Part shown: one piece after another, positions 12,551 to 26,535 of the stretch
Layout: each line of letters starts with the position of its first letter
How positions within the stretch are numbered: the first letter of the stretch is position 1
Made by a program: the position numbers and the translations under genes
DNA from: Ranitomeya imitator
Lineage: Eukaryota
Direction of reading: 5' to 3'
DNA: 64,000 nt
Assembly (NCBI RefSeq): GCF_032444005.1
Contig: NC_091289.1
Span: 179,676,001 to 179,740,000, forward strand
The notes under the pieces: generated by a model
The model's input: only the letters and a program-made list of their open reading frames with translations
Told to the model about the DNA's origin: nothing
Databases searched by the model: none

Positions 12551-13284
12551 AGGTACCTTCACATTAAGCGACGCTGCAGCGATACCGACAACGATCCGGA
12601 TCGCTGCAGCGTCGCTGTTTGGTCGCTGGAGAGCTGTCACACAGACCGCTCTCCAGCGACCAACGATGCTGGTAACCAGGGTAAACATCGGGTAACTAAG
12701 CGCAGGGCCGCGCTTAGTAACCCGATGTTTACCCTGGTTACCATCCTAAAAGTAAAAAAAACAAACAGTACATACTTACCTACAGCCGTCTGTCCTCCAG
12801 CGCTGTGCTCTGCACTCCTCCTGTACTGTCTGTGTGAGCACAGCGGCCGGAAAGCAGAGCGGTGACGTCACCGCTCTGCTTTCCGGCTGACCGACGCTCA
12901 CAGCCAGTACAGGAGGAGTGCAGAGCACAGCGCTGGAGGACAGACGGCTGTAGGTAGTATGTAGTGTTTGTTTTTTTTACTTTTAGGATGGTAACCAGGG
13001 TAAACATCGGGTTACTAAGCGCGGCCCTGCGCTTAGTTACCCGATGTTTACCCTGGTTACCAGTGAAGACATCGCTGGATCGGTGTCACACACGCCGATC
13101 CAGCGATGTCAGCAGGAGTCCAGCGACGAAATAAAGTTCTGGACTTTATTCAGCGACCAACAATCTCCCAGCAGGGGCCTGATCGTTGGTCGCTGTCACA
13201 CATAACGATTTCATTAACGATATCGTTGCTACGTCACAAAAAGCAACGATATCGTTAACAATATCGTTATGTGTGAAGGTACCT
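12551..13284. mobile_element. Harbinger-type MITE, double-hairpin core family (arms A + B), inserted in the L2 3' UTR
   Basis: TIR AGGTACCTTCACA at both ends, TAA/TTA flanks, two 72-nt hairpins. Confidence 0.85.
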
Positions 13285-13938
13285 TTACACTATGGCCGGT
13301 CCGAATAACTAAAGCAATTGTTACCATCCGCCTCTCGTGTCTCCCCTTTTCCCCATAGTTTGTAAGCTTGCGAGCAGGGCCCTCACTCCTCCTGGTATCT
13401 GTTTTGAACTGTATTTCTGTTATGCTGTAATGTCTATTGTCTGTACAAGTCCCCTCTATAATTTGTAAAGCGCTGCAGAATATGTTAGTGCTATATAAAT
13501 AAAATTATTATATTATTGTCAAGTCGGCCCCATATACAATTGTATCGCACGAACCTACAACTCCCAGTATGTCCTTAACAATGGTGAGATGCTGGTAGTT
13601 ATCAGACTGTAGACTATACAGGAACCACAGTACGTATGAAACGTAGGCAGTATCACAAAAAAACATTTACATCCAGGTACCTTCTAGGTGACTGGAGTAA
13701 TCGCTTTCTTTTTGTCTCAATCTTGTCTTACAGATAAGTGCCAGAGCGCAGGAGAGGGGTGAGCGGTGTCAGTGGCTGACTCACTGACACTGCTCAATGG
13801 AGTGCCTGCGCCCTGGCAGTCAGTGTGCGAAATGCCTACGGCTGGAAGAAGGCGACGGTTGGCTGTGAGCAATCAGCGATGTCAGGGTTTATGGCTTTTC
13901 AAAGTGCGCCCCCCTCGCAGAGGCAAGAGGTAGCTCAC

Positions 13939-13980
13939 GTCTAGGGGGCCGGGACCCTGCTTGCCCCTTATACTCCTAGT
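13939..13980 (-). other. Candidate 42-nt non-coding exon of the minus-strand gene
   Basis: Strong polypyrimidine acceptor (ctcctggtttttcttgtctttcAG) and donor GTGAGC. Confidence 0.5.
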
Positions 13981-14206
13981 CTGAAAGACAAGAAAAACCA
14001 GGAGCAGAGACAAAGATGGCTCCCACCTGCTGTAATCTGTGTCTTGGTCCCTGCTGCTCCAGACTGATTACACTTCACTACATTCGACAGCAAGTTAGAA
14101 GAAAGACGCCTAGAAGCTGGCGCTTTGGATTCATTTTTCTGGGGAAAGAAAATATTAAGTGAAAAGTGATTTGCAGATGGTCTATCAAAATAATATTTAA
14201 GTGTGA

Positions 14207-14532
14207 GGGTATGTGCACACGTCAGGATTTTCTAGCAGAAATTTTCTGACAAAAACCGGACATTTCTGCCAGAAATCCGCATGCGTTTTTTTTCCAAATG
14301 CATAGAATAGCGGGGAAAAACGCAGAAAATCCACAAAATTAATGAACATGCTGCTTTTTTTACGGCAATGTGGTTTTTTTTTTTTGGCGGAAAAAAACGC
14401 ATCATGTGCACAAAAATTGCAGAATGCATTCTAAATGATAGGATGCATATGTCTGCAGTTTGTAATGCGTTTTTATCGCGAAAAAACGTGGAAAAAAAAC
14501 TGCGGAAAAAAACTGAACATGTGCACATAACC
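14207..14532. mobile_element. Harbinger-type MITE (same family as 1018-1368)
   Basis: TIRs GGGTATGTGCACAC / GTGCACATAACC; interior similar to 1018-1368. Confidence 0.75.
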
Positions 14533-15559
14533 ATATTCCCATCTCTATAAAGAGGTATTATTCAGTGTTAAAAAAAAAAGAGGCAACTTGGGAATTTACG
14601 GTTTATTAAAATTTGCAGCTGTGCTGAGATATTACCACTTGTTTATAGCTCATCACCTTGGAGCCCGACCACCACAGCTAAACAGCAGAACATGCACAGC
14701 GCTTACAAGCTCTTTTTCTATTGAGCTTGTAAGCACCATTTTGAAGATGGCCTGGTTCACTGTTTACAAGTCAGACAGCAGCGGTGGTCGGTCTCATAGG
14801 CAACAAGCTGCAAACAAACAAATAAAAATGTTACATATCTCAAGAACGGCTTTAAATTTTAATAGCTTTTTTTTTTTATATTATTTTATCGGGGCCAAGT
14901 GTGGGGTGTAAGCAGCGGTTGTCCTAGAAGTGAACAACCCCTTTAAGCCAATTCTCAGATAAATCGCTCAACTAAAGTTATTTGTGTGACTTGCTGTCGT
15001 GTTACGATTTCACAGCTACAACTTTACCACGAAACCTCTTTCCTGTCTGCACCTCTTTAATGATCTCTGCTTGCCATCAGTGAACGGGATCAATCTATTT
15101 TTGTGCCCGAAGTCCGATTCCGTCCAACTGGTGCAGATCTCATTGTGAGCTTTGCTCTGACAAACATGGCTAAACCTTTGCGCGATGACACATGGTGTTA
15201 GATCTCGTACAGCGATTAGAAAACAAAGGGCAAAACAAGATCCCAGACTGCGAGGCCGACTCCATGCTCTGCATCAGTTTAGGGCCGCAGGATGATCTGT
15301 GACCCACGTCACTATAATACGTGCCACAATCAGCAGCTCCCAGGACCAGGACACAAGCTCCCAGGACCAGGACACAAGAAAAGTCTCTTCCCTCTGACTT
15401 CCCCTGATATGGTTTTAGGGGAGGACAAATAAACTAAAAATGTTGCAGAACTTTTTTTTTTTTTATAAATGGGTCGTCTTAAAGCCAATGTAACCTATTA
15501 AGAAATACAGATGTTCTGTAAGCGCGCCAGCCCCCCGACCAGCCTAAAAGGCGGCTTCA

Positions 15560-16265
15560 GAGAAAATCTCTTCACCCCAGTCCTCAGCTGTCCAGTCCCT
15601 GTGCTTTCTGCAGACTTTTTTGGACATCTGGAAGACAGATTGTCTGGAGACGAAACGGTGAGCCCTGCGTGATCCAACAGGAAGGCATCCCGAGACCATT
15701 CATGTGTGGGGGCTTCTCGTCCATTGAGGGGTGTCACAATTTTAACAAAGATCACTGCTATAAATACTGGCATCTATACCAACTCCAGGATCAATTTCTC
15801 CAAACAATGCAGGAGTAATCTGGTGATGAACAATGACTTTACCAGCTTCATGGAGACCAAGTCACAAGGCAAAAGTCACAGCCAAGTGGTTCATTGAACA
15901 TTTGGGTCTATGGACAGGAAACTCCCCAGATCTCAATCCGAAAAAGGAGGAGGACAAGCAAAAACACAGACATTGTGACAAACTCCAATCACTGATTAGG
16001 TAAGAACGTCAAGATCTTGCCCAGAGGCCGATATCCAGCTGCCGGGGCGAAGGGCAGAAGTCTTAATAAAAAACTTGGGATCAATACTGTAAATAAACAT
16101 TGAGCATTGAACTTGAGACGGTCAATAAAAGTTTAAAAAGTTATGAAATTTTTGTAATTGTATTTCAGTAACCATAGAAACATCCGACAATGATCTAAAA
16201 ATATTGAAGCAGCAAAACCTTGGGTAAACGAAAGTTTGTCTTAAAACTTTTCGGCCACGACGGTA
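15560..16265 (+). mobile_element. Degenerate Tc1 transposon, 3' half
   Basis: Residual GNSPDLNP motif (GGAAACTCCCCAGATCTCAATCC ~15918) and TIR-like end AAAACTTTTCGGCCACGACGGTA. Confidence 0.55.
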
Positions 16266-17649
16266 CATAGGTTGCCTTTTTAGTCTGAATGGACGCCATG
16301 CGATATTATATTTCCTCTGCAGCAGCTGCACACGACATATAGTGACCCACTGATTTACAAGGCAATTAGCGTTGACAACAAGTGACCCAAATAGGACAGT
16401 CCCTTTAAGGCCGCATTCACAGTGTTTCATATATACCATGCGGGTCTCCTGACTTATATGTACCTTAATATTTGCGCTCCATTGTTTTATTCCAGAGGCA
16501 ACGCCATTCTTCTTAATATGTAAATGAGCTGTTAAGATCTATGAGCAGGACATAGATCTCTCCGAGAACCTGTCTCCACAGCTTATTATAAATGAAAGGA
16601 GGCGTTCCCAGTGTGAGACATGAAGATCAGGAGAGCAGACTGTCGGTCATTACATGTCTCACACTGGTAACGCCTCCTTTCATTGAGCATATGCTGTGGA
16701 GGCAGAGTCTCAGGAAGCGCTATGTTCAGCCCATAGATCTTAGTTGCTTATCTATATATTACGAAAAGCGTGAATTTCACTGGATTAAGATATTGAATTA
16801 CAGAGATCAAGGTATTATTTTATTCAGCTTCCTATGAAGTGCTTACAAGTCAGGGTCACACAGCTGCAATACTTGACATGGCCACTGCTAGAAGTGCAGC
16901 GCTGTACCTAGAGGTGTCAGTAATCTGAGTGGTGCGGTGCCACAAGTCAGACTGATTTATAAGGAGGGTCATCAAATCTGTATATCGTCCTATATACAGC
17001 TCTCTGCCAGGTTCTGCTACATCACTACTGCTCAGCATGGCCTCATCAGTATCAGAAGACGTTTAGTCTAAGGAGGTTGAACTCGATGGATATTTTAATT
17101 TTAACAAACGTAACAAGCTCTGTATATAGTATCACCGCAGAGCAATCGCTGCGCATTAGGAGGGTGGGTTTACAGAAATGAGCTTCATCCGTCTGATGTG
17201 GGATTAGATCACTTCTGATTTGTTTCACCGATGAAAGTGGAATTAGTGATTCACCCTGAAACGCGCCCTGATGGCCGGCACGGAGGCCGCGCACTGGACA
17301 GTTATTCTAGTAATGCTGGGTCACATCCGGATTATCACTCAAGGAAGATTGCCTCTGAACTAAACACCACGCTTCACACTACCCAAACATCTATGTTCAC
17401 CGAAAGGCCTGGGCTCAGTGGAAAGTCATGTTTGCGAAAAAAAGTTTGTATTTTTTTTTACAAATAATCTAAAAGCTCGAAAAACACATGCAGCTGTTCT
17501 GCGGTGTTTATTTTTTAGCAAAATCATTTTTGTTTCCCATTTCGCCAGCTAAAAACTGATTCCTTAGGGTAGGTGCACACGATTAGTAATTGCTGCAGGT
17601 TAGAGGCTGTGTACTTATTCAACGTCAAACCTGCAGCGTCCAGACGTTA

Positions 17650-18415
17650 AGGCCCCGTCACACATAGCGAGATCGCTAGCGAGATCACTGCTGAGTCACA
17701 AGTTTTGTGACGCAACAGCGATCTCGCTATGTGTGACACGTAGCAGCGATCAGGCCCCTGCTGTGAGATCGCTGGTCGTGTCGGAATGGCCTGGGCAATT
17801 TTTTGATCGTTGAGGCCCCGCTGACATCGCTGAATCGGCGTGTGTGACGCCGATTCAGCGATGTCTTCGCTGGTAACCAGGGTAAACATCGGGTTACTAA
17901 GCGCAGGGCCGCGCTTAGTAACCCGATGTTTACCCTGGAGACCATCGTTAAAGTAAAAAAAAAACAACCACTTCATACTTACCTACCGCTGTCTGTCCCC
18001 GGCGCTGTGCTTCTCTGCTCTGGCTGTGAGCACCAGGCAGCCGGAAAGCAGAGCGGTGACGTCACCGCTCTGCTTTCTGGCCGCTGTGCTCACAGTCAGT
18101 GCAGGAAGCAGAGCGCCGAGGACAGACAGCGGTAGGTAAGTATGTAGCGTTTGTTTTTTTACTTTAACGATGGTAACCAGGGTAAGCATCCGGTTACTAA
18201 GCGCGGCCCTGCGCTTAGTAACCCGATGTTTACCCTGGTTACCCGGGGACTTCGGCATCGTTGAAGACAGTTTCAACGATGCCAAAGTCTTTCCCCTGAT
18301 CGTTGGTCGCTGGAGAGCGGTCTGTGTGACAGCTCTCCAGCGACCAAACCGCGACGCTGCAGCGATCCGGATCGTTGTCGGTATTGCTGCAGCGTTGCCA
18401 AGTGTGACGGGGGCT
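17650..18415. mobile_element. Harbinger-type MITE, double-hairpin core (arms C + A), nested in an older Harbinger-like element (~17570-18800)
   Basis: TIRs AGGCCCCGTCACAC / GTGTGACGGGGGCT, TSD TTA/TTA. Confidence 0.88.
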
Positions 18416-18831
18416 TTACAGCATAGTGGATGGGATTTCAAGAAATCCAATGTCCACTATGCGTCCGCAAACACCCGCGGAGACGGACATGCGGCGCGTC
18501 TCTCTAGACAGCGGAGACGGACATGCAGCACGTCCCTCCAGACCGCTAGCCTCAACAAGAGAAATTTCACCCGTACAATGTGTTGAACTCGGTGAATCTG
18601 CACGGTTCAGTGAACACCTGCAGATTCACCTGCGTTCAATAGACGGCAGCGCTTGGGACACAGCAAGACAAGCGCTGCGTCCAAAGCGCTGTCACTTCCG
18701 GATCGTGTGCACCCGGACGTAGGGGACATCCACATTGCTGAAAATTTTTCATACAGATCTGCACAAGTAAAACACACTGTCTGGTACAATAACAAGTTGT
18801 GTAGATGAGAGTTGCAGAATTGTTCCTCTAA

Positions 18832-19109
18832 GGGTATGTTTCCACGGGGCGTAATCTCTGCGCTTTGGACGCAGCAGATACCCCGCTCCGCCCAAAGAGC
18901 CGTTCCCTGTTGTACGCGCGGTGATTCTGGATGTGATCATTGAACATATGTGGAATCACCGCATCGTATTCATAGCCTGGGTTATTTATCTTGCAGAGAC
19001 TGAGCGTCTTCGCAAGATAAATAGACATGCTGCGGTTGGTAAAGATGCGCCGCATGTCCGGTTACGCAGGGCCGCGCTTAGTAACCCGATGTTTACCCTG
19101 GTTACCAGC

Positions 19110-19151
<42 letters not shown>

Positions 19152-19638
19152 ACTACATACTTACCTTCTGCTGTCTGTCCCCGGCGCTCTGCTTTCCTGC
19201 ACTGACTGTGAGCACAGTGGCCGGAAAGCAGAGCCGTGACGTCACCGCTCTGCTTTCCGGCCGCTGTGCTTACACAGGGCAGAGAAGCAGAACGCCGAGG
19301 GACAGACAGCAGAATGTAAGTATGTAGTGTTTGTTTTTTTTTACTTTTACGCTGGTAACCAGGGTAAACATCGGGTTACTAAGCGCGGCCCTGCGCTTAG
19401 TAACCCGATGTTTACCCTGGTTACCAGCGAAGACATCGGTGAATCGGTGTCACACACGCCGATTCAGCGATGTCTGCAGGGAGTCCAGCGACGAAATAAA
19501 GTGCTGGCCCTCTAGCCCCGACCAGCGATATCACAGCAGGGGCCTGATCGCTGCTGCCTGTCACACTGGACGATATCGCTAGCGAGGACGCTGCAACGTC
19601 ACGGATCGCTAGCGATATCGTCTAGTGTGACGGTACCT
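18832..19638. mobile_element. Chimeric Harbinger-type MITE (foreign left part joined mid-hairpin to core + arm E)
   Basis: Left end GGGTATGTTTCCAC, junction at ~19063 into half of the core hairpin, right end GTGTGACGGTACCT, TAA on both flanks. Confidence 0.65.
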
Positions 19639-21110
19639 TAAGATATGTTAATATCAAGGTAAAAGGATGAAGAATAAAATCATAAAAAGTAAACTTTTTT
19701 ATTTATTTTTTTAAAAAAAAAAATCTTATTCTTATACAAATTAAACCAAGAAAAGTGCTGGATCTGAACACGAATCTAAAAGAGGGACGTGACTATAGTA
19801 TATCGCACGGGATAAATATACAATAAATATATCAGTATAAAATAAAATATACACCGGTGTAAAGTATCAAGGCTAGAAAAGGATTAGTAATTGCTACCAA
19901 ATAAAGGGCATGCTACAAAATATCACCATCTGAACCTAAAACCGAATTGGGAGGATATATATTTTCAAGCTTTGATACTTTTTTTGAACTGGGTGCAGTG
20001 CGTGCCTGCGTAGTTATAACTGACACATATGTATAACACATAACTGAAAGGCTACTAGACGAATGGTTCTGGCCCATTAAAAAGATCAGTCCACATTGTT
20101 TCTACAGCCTGTCGCGCAACCAGAGAGGCCGTGCTGGTACGTTAAGCTCAGCTTTTTTTCTCTCTTACACGGTCATGGGTCCATGAAAATTGGCTTTTAA
20201 AGTAGCGAAGAACCTTGTGTTAGAATTTGAAGGGTAATCCGAACATATATGAACATCCTGAGAAGGCCCCACAAGCTGCTGTGACGTTACAATGCACAAT
20301 AGCCACTGGTTCCATACTACTATAAGCCAACAATCCCCATGAGATTATTAATCAGTCCACACAGCAGCATACAGAGAACCTATAGAAAGTAGCCCCCTCG
20401 TTCACAGGACGCTCCCCGGTATCAACCATACACCAGTCTCACATGACCGAGTACATTGTAAGCATTACATCACGGGTCCCAGATATGGAGTGACGAGTCT
20501 GTGACATGCGGGAGCTGGAAATATCGACGAGGGGTGTGCCTTTAAATAGCAAGTCTGGGTGTTCAGAGGGAGAGCGTGGCGCAGGAGTTACATCCACAAC
20601 TTTCCTGCACACAAGACGGGAGGATATTATGTTTTTTTTTCATCTCCGTTTGTTCCTCATTTTCAGTGAGCCAAGTCGTCTTCTGCTGAGCCACAACATA
20701 TCAGTCACTTCACCAGGAGTATAAACACCCCAATATTCTACATGGGATGGGGGTCTCTGAACTGTCCCCTAAGCCTATGGTCCAGTGGGGAAAGGATCCT
20801 GGCAGTGGTTCTGTCAGAGAAGGCAGAACAGACCAGCCGAGCAGAACGTTCCTTTACATGGAGGAGACAGGAGAGAACATTAGTTCTGCCGACAGCTATC
20901 TAATGGGTACGGCCAACAAAGGGTTTGTCTCGTGTTAATGATTAAAATTGCAAAGTGCCAGAAAAAAAATAAGCAACTTTGTAATTCACTTTTATTAAAA
21001 ATCCTCTCCGTTCTCAAGATCAAAGGGATTTTACATTCTATAGTTTACTGCGTTGCCTAGGTAACCGGTCACATCACAGCAGCTTGCAATAAAGCCTGCA
21101 AACAATGCCA

Positions 21111-21594
21111 AGGCTATGTTCACACTAGGCATTTTTTTCTACAGCAAAACCTGATCTCTAGGCAGGAAAGAAGCTGCGGCACAAACGCAGGTTTTGCTGC
21201 GTTTTCCTGCAGTTTTGGCATGCGACATTTGTCTCTTGTGCACGCTGATAAAGTTTAGTGGGAAAAAAAAAAAAACTATTTAATCAGATTTTGGCACAAA
21301 AAAAAAAAAAAGCTTCAAATTCAGCTACCTGCATTGTCTGGTTCGGATTTTCAGCACTCATTACTTTCAATGGGTGTAAAATGCAGAAAAACGATGAAAG
21401 TAGTGAAATGCTCTATTGTGCAAAAACCATGCAAACCACAAAATACTGATGACAAAAAAACCAAGGGGTGTGCACAAGATTTTTAAAATCTTTTAGGATT
21501 TGCTGGCAATGCAAAACGCAGCTGAAAATGTTTAGTTAAAAAAAATGAACTAAAAGTGCTGAAAAAAAAAAAACACCCAGTGTGAACATAGCCT
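21111..21594. mobile_element. Harbinger-type MITE
   Basis: TIRs AGGCTATGTTCACAC / GTGTGAACATAGCCT. Confidence 0.75.
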
Positions 21595-21695
21595 AAGGCT
21601 GTGTGCACATATTTCATTTTTTTCAGTGCAGATTTGTCACAAAACCTGAAAGGTTTCCTAGTCCTAGCAAAGTGAATGCGAATCCTGAAGTCTTA

Positions 21696-22416
21696 AGGCC
21701 CCGTCACACATAGCGAGATCGCTGCTGAGTCACAAGTTTTGTGACGCAACAGCGATCTCAGTAGCGATCTCGCTATGTGTGACACGTACCAGCGATCAGG
21801 CCCCTGCTGTGAGATCGCTGGTCGTGTCGGAATGGCCTGGGCCATTTTTTGATCGTTGAGGTCCCGCTGACATCGCTGAATCGGCGTGTGTGACGCCGAT
21901 TCAGCGATGTCTTCACTGGTAACCAGGGTAAACATCGGGTAACTAAGCGCAGGGCCGCGCTTAGTAACCCGATGTTTACCCTGGTTACCATCCTAAAAGT
22001 AAAAAAAACAAACAGTACATACTTACCTACCGCTGTCTGTCCCCGGCGCTGTGCTCTGCTCTCCTCCTGCACTGGCTGTGAGCGTCGGTCAGCCGGAAAG
22101 CAGAGCGGTGTCGTCACCGCTCTGCTTTCCGGCCGCTGGGCTCACACAGACAGTACAGGAGGAGTGCAGAGCACAGCGCCGGGGACAGACAGCGGTAGGC
22201 AAGTATGTACTGTTTGTTTTTTTTACCTTAACGATGGTAACCAGGGTAAACATCGGGTTACTAAGCGCGGCCCTGCGCTTAGTTACTCGATGTTTACCCT
22301 GGTTACCGGCATCGTTGGTCGCTGGAGAGCTGTCTGTGTGACAGCTCTCCAGCGACGCTGCAGCGATCCGCATCGTTGTCGGTATCGCTGCAGCGTCGCT
22401 ATGTGTGACGGGGCCC
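21696..22416. mobile_element. Harbinger-type MITE, double-hairpin core (arms C + A)
   Basis: TIRs AGGCCCCGTCACAC / GTGTGACGGGGCCC, TSD TTA/TTA. Confidence 0.88.
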
Positions 22417-24907
22417 TTATGCACGTTGCTTATTTGTGACTTGCAGATTTGCATATGCAGCATGTCAATGCTTTCAGCGCTTTTGCTGCAGATTTAATCA
22501 ATACCAATGAGTCGGGGAAAAGCTGCAACAAAAATGCAAGAAAAAAAAAAGCCAGGAAAAATGCGTATTTTTGCTGCTATGTTTTTTATGTCAAGAGATG
22601 CACAAATGGAGCAGAAATCTCTGCACCAAATACTTACCATGTGCACAAGCTGGAGAGATCTCTAGATTGAGTAGTCTCAGTTCTCCTACGTTTTTCCGAT
22701 GCAGCAGAGGCAAGGTTGTCTGCTAGCTGCATGGGAGAGCGCACAGATCACACCGCTGGACTGCAATGTCAATCTTCAGGTGCAGACCCCCCTTACAAGA
22801 AGCCGGGAAGACTGGGGAGTAGTGCGCTTTTGAAGGAAGACGATGACATTAGAGATGAACAGTCCCATGGAAGCTCGGGTTCCTCAGAACTTTAGTCCAA
22901 AGTTCGGTTCTGGTACCAGAACCCCATAGAAGTCAATGGGGTCCCAAACTTTGTGTTGGAAAATTCTCTCTTCCCAAAACTTCGAATACTAAAACAGACT
23001 TCCAGGAGAAGTTTGTGTTCGGAGTTGATCACTAGTGATGAGCAAATGTGCTTGGATAACGTGTTTTCTGAGCATGCTCGGGTGTTTTCTGAGTATCTTG
23101 AGCGTGCTCAAATAATATCTTGCAGCTAACGGCTACAAAACATACAGCCGCAGGGAGTTGAATATATTGTCCAAGCATGTTTCCTCATCACTATTCAGCA
23201 CCAAACCAGTACTAACCCCGAGCTTTGCAGTTCGGGTTTTCTCATCTCTAGAGAGCACCCATTTATCATAATTGGGAAGGATGAGGCACACATGCTCTGT
23301 TTGCATCATATTTATGGTTTCCGATGGATGCCATAGAGATGGGTGTATCCGGCCCCCCCCCCCCCCCCCCCCATCATACGGAATATTGTAGAGTACCATC
23401 GTAAATGCTAAATTTGTTGATAGTGTTGCACTCGGGGCTTTCTTGGTAGTCAAGCAAAACCTAAACAGCAAAAGGAACTTAAAGTGAATCTGTCAGTAGC
23501 ACCAACCCGCCCAATTCATTTAAATGGATATGTAGGACATAGGAAGCTGAATAAACTGATACCTGCGATCTCATGTCTTATGACACAAATCCACGGTTTT
23601 CTTAATATGTAAATGAGCTGTTAAGATCTATGGGCTGGGCATAGAACTCCATGAGAAATCTGCCTCCAGAACTTATTGTAAAAGCAGTGAGAGCCATGTA
23701 ATGACTGACAGTCTGCTCTCGTGATCTACATGTCTTAGGAGGGTTGACTCTACTGACCTTTAAAGAGCTGGTGTCCAATCTTCTATAATGATTCATCATT
23801 GTGCAGCAAAGAGTTCAACAAACTTTTCACAGCAGTTATTGCTACAATGCATCAGTCTGGTGACCGTCAAGAAAAAAACAGCAGCACAAATCTTGCTGTC
23901 CTACGTTCGTCATAATGCATCAGTGTAGGTCAAATGTATCGGTCTGAAGCCCAATAAGTCTGGCTGACAAAAGACAGCCTTGAATGGCTAATTAAACAGA
24001 AGGAAACGGAGATGTGTGAAGGATTCAATGACAAGTGACACAATGACACTTGGAAGTATTATTGGAAAAAAAGCAGCATGCTACTCATGTTCACAGCAGA
24101 CTGATTTTCCAAGAACTCAGCTTGTGGTCAGTGAATAAGGTTATCCTTGTTTACATCTAGAAGCTGAGAAATTCTTCTTGCATGTGAGAATTTCCTAGAA
24201 CTTAACAATCTGAGGCCAGTTTCACACGTCCAATGTTCACGGTCTGAGTAAAGGACTGATGTCTGGACCAGTCGTGGGTCTCCGGACCTAAACTTGACAG
24301 GTTTCACTACACTGCAGGTTTATGAGTGAAAGAGGTGCAAAATCGGCTTGAGGTCAAATTCAGATAAGGCATATAAAAAAATCAATGTGCCAGTCATTCT
24401 GTCAGACTATATCACAGACGGGGGCAGAGGCTGCACTATTCTGGTCAGTAAAATGGACTGCATGGTTCGTCTGAAAAATGGTTTGCTTTAATATTGATCA
24501 CTGTGCTGCCCATACATCGAAAGGAGCCTGTCTGAACAAAGCCTAAGCTACCCCGAGACTCAAGTGCATCAGCGGCACAAATCTCTCCTGTCCTGACATC
24601 ACACAGGGAATCTGTTTTATACCTTTCCAAACTACTATCTCCGCAACCTGCTCTTATTGCAGCCAGATGCTGCAGCCTACGACCAACTGACCCTACTCCT
24701 GGCTGACAAACAGCGGCAGGTTACTGATTGACTCGCTGGGTGACATCAAAGACACAAACTGTCACTGCATGCTGTATAAAAGTGAACCTTGGTGTTTATC
24801 AAATGTTAGCAGTACATGTCTGCTATATATAATATATACAGATACAGTATATCACAAAGCTATGCAATACTAGAACACAAGGCCATCAGCTTGAAAGAAG
24901 CGCTCAC

Positions 24908-25076
24908 CATTGAAGATTACAACAAATATCACCCCTCCGCCCTCCCTAACAAGGGAGAGTCATGACAGCAATGCCTGCAGAGCAGACAGGAGCGGCTGCG
25001 CACAGCAGATAACGTCTCCTACGCCCTCTGTCCAGGCCTCAGACAGCAGGTGGAACTAATAGGAAGTGACCAAAAC
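24908..25076 (-). other. Candidate non-coding leader exon of the minus-strand gene
   Basis: Acceptor tgttgtgtgtctgcAG and donor ATG|GTGAG; unique sequence. Confidence 0.5.
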
Positions 25077-25292
25077 CTGCAGACACACAACAATAGAGAA
25101 ACGGACACAGATTTCCTGAGCTGAGGGAACCCGTCTCATCGCTCTTATATAACTGTCAGCTCTGCAGGTCAGGCTCTGGCCTCGTAAAACACAAGTAGTA
25201 TGTCATGATATTCTTGAGATCGCGTCAGGTGATGCAGGACAGTGCGTCAGGTGATGCAGGACAGTGCATCACAACAGTTCACTGGAGACTAA

Positions 25293-25707
25293 GGGTACCG
25301 TCACACAGTGGCATTTTGATCGCTACGACGGCACGATTCGTGACGTTCCAGCGATATATCCGTGACGTTCCAGCGATCGCGCTGTGTCTGACACGCTCCT
25401 GCGATCAGGGACCCCGCTGAGAATCGTACGTCGTAGCAGATTGTTTGAAACTTTCTTTCGTCGTCTAGTGTCCCGCTGTGGCGGCATGATCGCATGGTGT
25501 AACAAAGGTGTGCACGATATTGTATACGATGTGCGTATAGTAACCAACGGCTTCTACATCGCACATACGTCATGAAATTATCGCTCCAGCGTCGTACATT
25601 GCAAAGTGTGACAGCAGTCTACGACGCTGGAGCGATATTGTTACGATGCTGGAGCGTCACGGATTGTGCCGTCGTAGCGATCAAAATGCCACTGTGTGAC
25701 GGTACCC
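25293..25707. mobile_element. Harbinger-type MITE with D arms at both ends (415 bp)
   Basis: Long TIRs GGGTACCGTCACACAGTGGCATTTTGATCGCTACGACGGCAC, TSD TAA/TAA; near-identical copy at 44786-45178. Confidence 0.9.
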
Positions 25708-26118
25708 TAAAACCAGCACAGATTTCTGCTGTAAGCTTTAACAAATCGGTCTAATCGGGCAGGTACACAACCAATTTAGTCTAATTGAGATTCCCATTTT
25801 TAGATAACGGGAAGCAAACTTATTCGGACCCTCAGCGATCAGGTCTAAACTGAAACAGCAAGTGCGACTGCCGTGCAACGAGGCCGCCCGAAAAATGGAG
25901 AAGTACATGGTGCTGGCTAAAAGGGTATTCCCAAAATTACACTCTAAGGAATTACTGATCGCTGGGGATCTGACCGCTGGGACCCCCCAGATTTTGGGAC
26001 TCTTGTTCCAAGGAACTGCAGTGCCCCACCTTGAATGGATCGGAGGTGCGCATGTCAGAAACAATTGTCAGTTTGAAACATATAGGAAAAAATCGCTCAT
26101 TTTTATAGGACTGAGAAT

Positions 26119-26535
26119 ATTATTATTATTATTATGATTATTATTATTATAGCGCCATTTATTCCATGGCGCTTTACATGTGAGGAGGGGTGTATATAAT
26201 AAAAACAAGTACAATAATCTTGAATAATACAGGTCACATCTGGTATAGGAGGAGAGAGGACCCTGCCTGCGAGGGCTCACAATCTACAAGGGATGGGTGA
26301 GGATACAGTAGGTGAGGGTAGAGCTGGTCATGCAGTGGTTTGGGGCGATCGGTGGTTACTGCAGGTTGTAGGCTTGTTGGAAGAGGTGGGTCTTCAGGTT
26401 CTTTTTGAAGGTTTCGATGGTAGGTGAGAGTCTGATGTGTTGGGGTAGAGAGTTCCAGAGTAGGGGTGATGTGCGGGAGAAATCTTGTATACGATGGTGG
26501 GAAGAGGAGATAAGAGGGGAATAGAGAAGGAGGTT
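26119..26535 (-). mobile_element. 5'-truncated L2 LINE 3' end
   Basis: Minus strand encodes DFSR..PLLWNSLPQHIRLSPTIETFKKNLKTHLF, followed by a 3' UTR and an (AAT)n tail. Confidence 0.85.

Larger units (their letters stand above)
4690..13517 (+). mobile_element. L2 (CR1-superfamily) LINE, near full-length ORF2, dead; interrupted by insertions at 7746-12333 and 12551-13284
   Basis: APE endonuclease motifs (LLALTETW, IMGDLNIP, GNSLDLVF, SDHNLL), RT motifs ([23 protein letters not shown]) and C-terminal SRLDYCNSLL and LHWLP. The frame rejoins across the TTAA insertion as PNLHSFKRALKTHLFR; the 3' UTR ends in an (ATT)n tail at ~13504-13517. Confidence 0.92.
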
